DNA of 64,000 nt from Ranitomeya imitator. Its lineage: Eukaryota. Within the stretch, counting starts at the first letter, position 1, and each line of letters starts with the position of its first letter. The notes under the pieces were generated by a model. The model searched no databases. It was given only the letters and a program-made list of their open reading frames with translations, and was not told the origin of the DNA. Both the position numbers and the translations under genes were made by a program. Positions 62,095-64,000 of the stretch are shown here, piece after piece. The DNA lies in NCBI RefSeq assembly GCF_032444005.1, contig NC_091282.1, positions 735,816,001 to 735,880,000 on the forward strand, given 5' to 3'.

Positions 62095-63305
62095 TCATTG
62101 CTTTCTTTGATTTTGGGGTTGGGAAAGAAAAAGATTCCTGTCTTTCCCTCCTTTTGGATAACTCCAACGTCCCGTCTTGCCCTTCCCTTTGTATTGAGGA
62201 GTATGCTCCTGCTGAGTGCGGAAGGGTCTTTTTCTAGGGTTTCTAGGTTCTGGTAAAGTCTTCTTTTTGTCTGAGGCCTTCTCCAGAAGATCATCCAAGG
62301 CTGGTCCAAACATATACTTTCCTTTGAAAGGAATAGAACACGGCCTCATCTTAGAAGTCATATCACCAGACCAGGATCTTAGCCAGAGTGCATGCCTTAC
62401 TGAGTTTGACAATGCAGATAATCTCGCCGTCACCCTCACGGATTCTGCGGAGGCATCCGCTAAAAAGCCTGTTGCTTTCTGGAAGATAAGCAAGGAGGCT
62501 AGAATATCCTCTCTAGGAGTACCTGAGGACAAGTGCTCTTCTAGTTGCCCCAGCCAGCGATGCATCGATCTAGCCACACAGGTGGATACGGAATTGATGT
62601 TCAATAAGGACGTTGACGTTTCCCACGATTTCCTTAGTAGTCCGTCCATCTTACGTTTCAGAGGATCTCTCAATTGGGAGGCATCTTCGAATGGTAGCGT
62701 GGTCTTTTTGGCTACCCTAGCAATCTGGACGTCCACTTTTGGAACCTCCGACCATCATGAAGCTGTCTCGTCATCTACTGGAAATCTGTCCTTAATTTCC
62801 GCTGGAGTAGTCAGCCTCTTTTCTGGGGATTCCCACTCTTCCAGAACTAAATCACGGATATTCTGGTGAATGGGAAACACCTGTCTTTTCTTAGAACGAT
62901 GCCCCCGAACATCTCTTCCTGTACTGACTGAGCCGTTTTTTCTTCCTCGATTTCCATAGTCTTCCTTACTGCTGTGAGGAATCCTTCTATGTCATTTGAA
63001 GAGAATATCTCTTGCTGGAAGGTTTCAGAGTCAAGGGATAATTCACCTTCCTCTGGGGGTTCGTCCGACGTCTCCCCTTGAGAGTCCTCCTGCCCTTCTT
63101 CCTGTGGATTAAGTTTCCTTTTCTTAGCCTCAGGAGGGGCACCAGGAGATAGTGTAGGCTGGGAAAGGGTGGCCAGAGATGTTTTAATTTCGTGCTGGAT
63201 TAAGCCTTTGATCTCTTCCATCAGAGATGGCTGCTCTTCCCTGATAATTTTTTCTGTGCATTCTTTGCAACATGGTTTCTTGTATGAAGAGGACAGCTTC
63301 TTCAT
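62095..63305 (-). pseudogene. DIRS gag-like ORF (Cys-rich N-terminus, LAP2alpha-like domain), frameshifted
   Basis: KPCCKEC N-terminal motif and the DVQIARVAKKTTLPFEDASQLRDP segment typical of DIRS1 gag. Confidence 0.7.
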
Positions 63306-64000
63306 ACAAACTGCGCATATACGGGTAGTTTTAGTTTTGCCTCCTGATGTGGGTTCCTTGTCCCCCTAAAAAAAGAAGGGGAGAAGGAATCATAAGATTA
63401 CAACACACATCAGGGAGTGGACACCCTGGGCCAGACTACTCACTGGGGCCGGGATGGTGCTGTGATCTGCAGATGCAGAGCGCGAGGAAGCGGACATCTC
63501 CATGGTCTTCACCACACAGTGGTGCTACCTGCGATGACTTCCTGTCCGGGGCCTAAATATAGGTGACCGGACCGCAGCACCTGTCCTCATGGATAGAGGA
63601 CCTCCTCCTCCGATGTACGGATGTACGTGGGAGGGAGACCGCCGACGTAATCCACGCCGTTCACTTTGCGTTCCAGCCTGGGACGGAAAAGGACCTTCCA
63701 AGTCACCGAAGCCGGCTGGCGTCTGACGTCACATCCTGCCGCCGGCTTCAGACTGGAAGTCTACACGCGCGCACGAAGGAGGATAAGGGCTGGAGAGCTC
63801 AGAGAGGCCTCCAGCCGAAGAATGCCCCAGACCTTGCCCGAAGGTGCGGAATGGTGGCAAAGAGTCCCGAGTCGGAGGAGACGGGAGCAGCGACGGGGAA
63901 TAGACGTAAGTCCGATCCCAGCTGCCCGGCAATAATGTTTATATTCCCCCGGTGACCGCTGCCGGCACAGTACACCTGGGATGGCCTCGTCATCCCTAGT

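Larger units (their letters stand above)
58884..64000 (-). mobile_element. DIRS1-type tyrosine-recombinase retrotransposon, frameshifted; 5' end beyond the window
   Basis: gag-like, RT/RNase H/MT and YR ORF fragments. Terminal segment 58884-58940 is complementary to the internal region 59111-59165 (ICR). Confidence 0.93.

Noticed and set aside
1-64000. CRISPR-like regular repeats
   Set aside because: All short tandem arrays lack unique spacers and the context is eukaryotic.

Overview
Eukaryotic, repeat-dense genomic DNA. The TE families and GT-AG exon signals point to a vertebrate, most likely an anuran amphibian (inference). There are no prokaryotic features and no CRISPR array. The centrepiece is a very young ~9.5 kb Penelope-like retroelement (PLE, Neptune-like) insertion at 38721-48251, bounded by a 14-bp target-site duplication and sitting inside a split foldback MITE. 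It consists of a 5'-truncated inverted copy joined to a complete forward copy, giving ~4.1 kb near-perfect inverted arms. It carries three type-I hammerhead ribozyme motifs and a retained spliceosomal intron, and the inversion junction creates an uninterrupted 963-aa RT+GIY-YIG ORF. A ~325-nt hammerhead-bearing retrozyme-like element with a circularly permuted inverted segment lies 180 bp downstream. Also present: four Helitron segments in alternating orientation (1-3733) around a tandem palindrome array; a three-level nest (Harbinger MITE in CR1 in an otherwise open Tc1); two L2 LINEs; several Tc1 relics and MITEs; a hAT element; and a frameshifted DIRS1 tyrosine-recombinase retrotransposon running off the right end. 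Host-gene evidence is limited to one convincing but unidentified + strand exon (11889-12010) and a tentative three-exon - strand chain (36980-38024).
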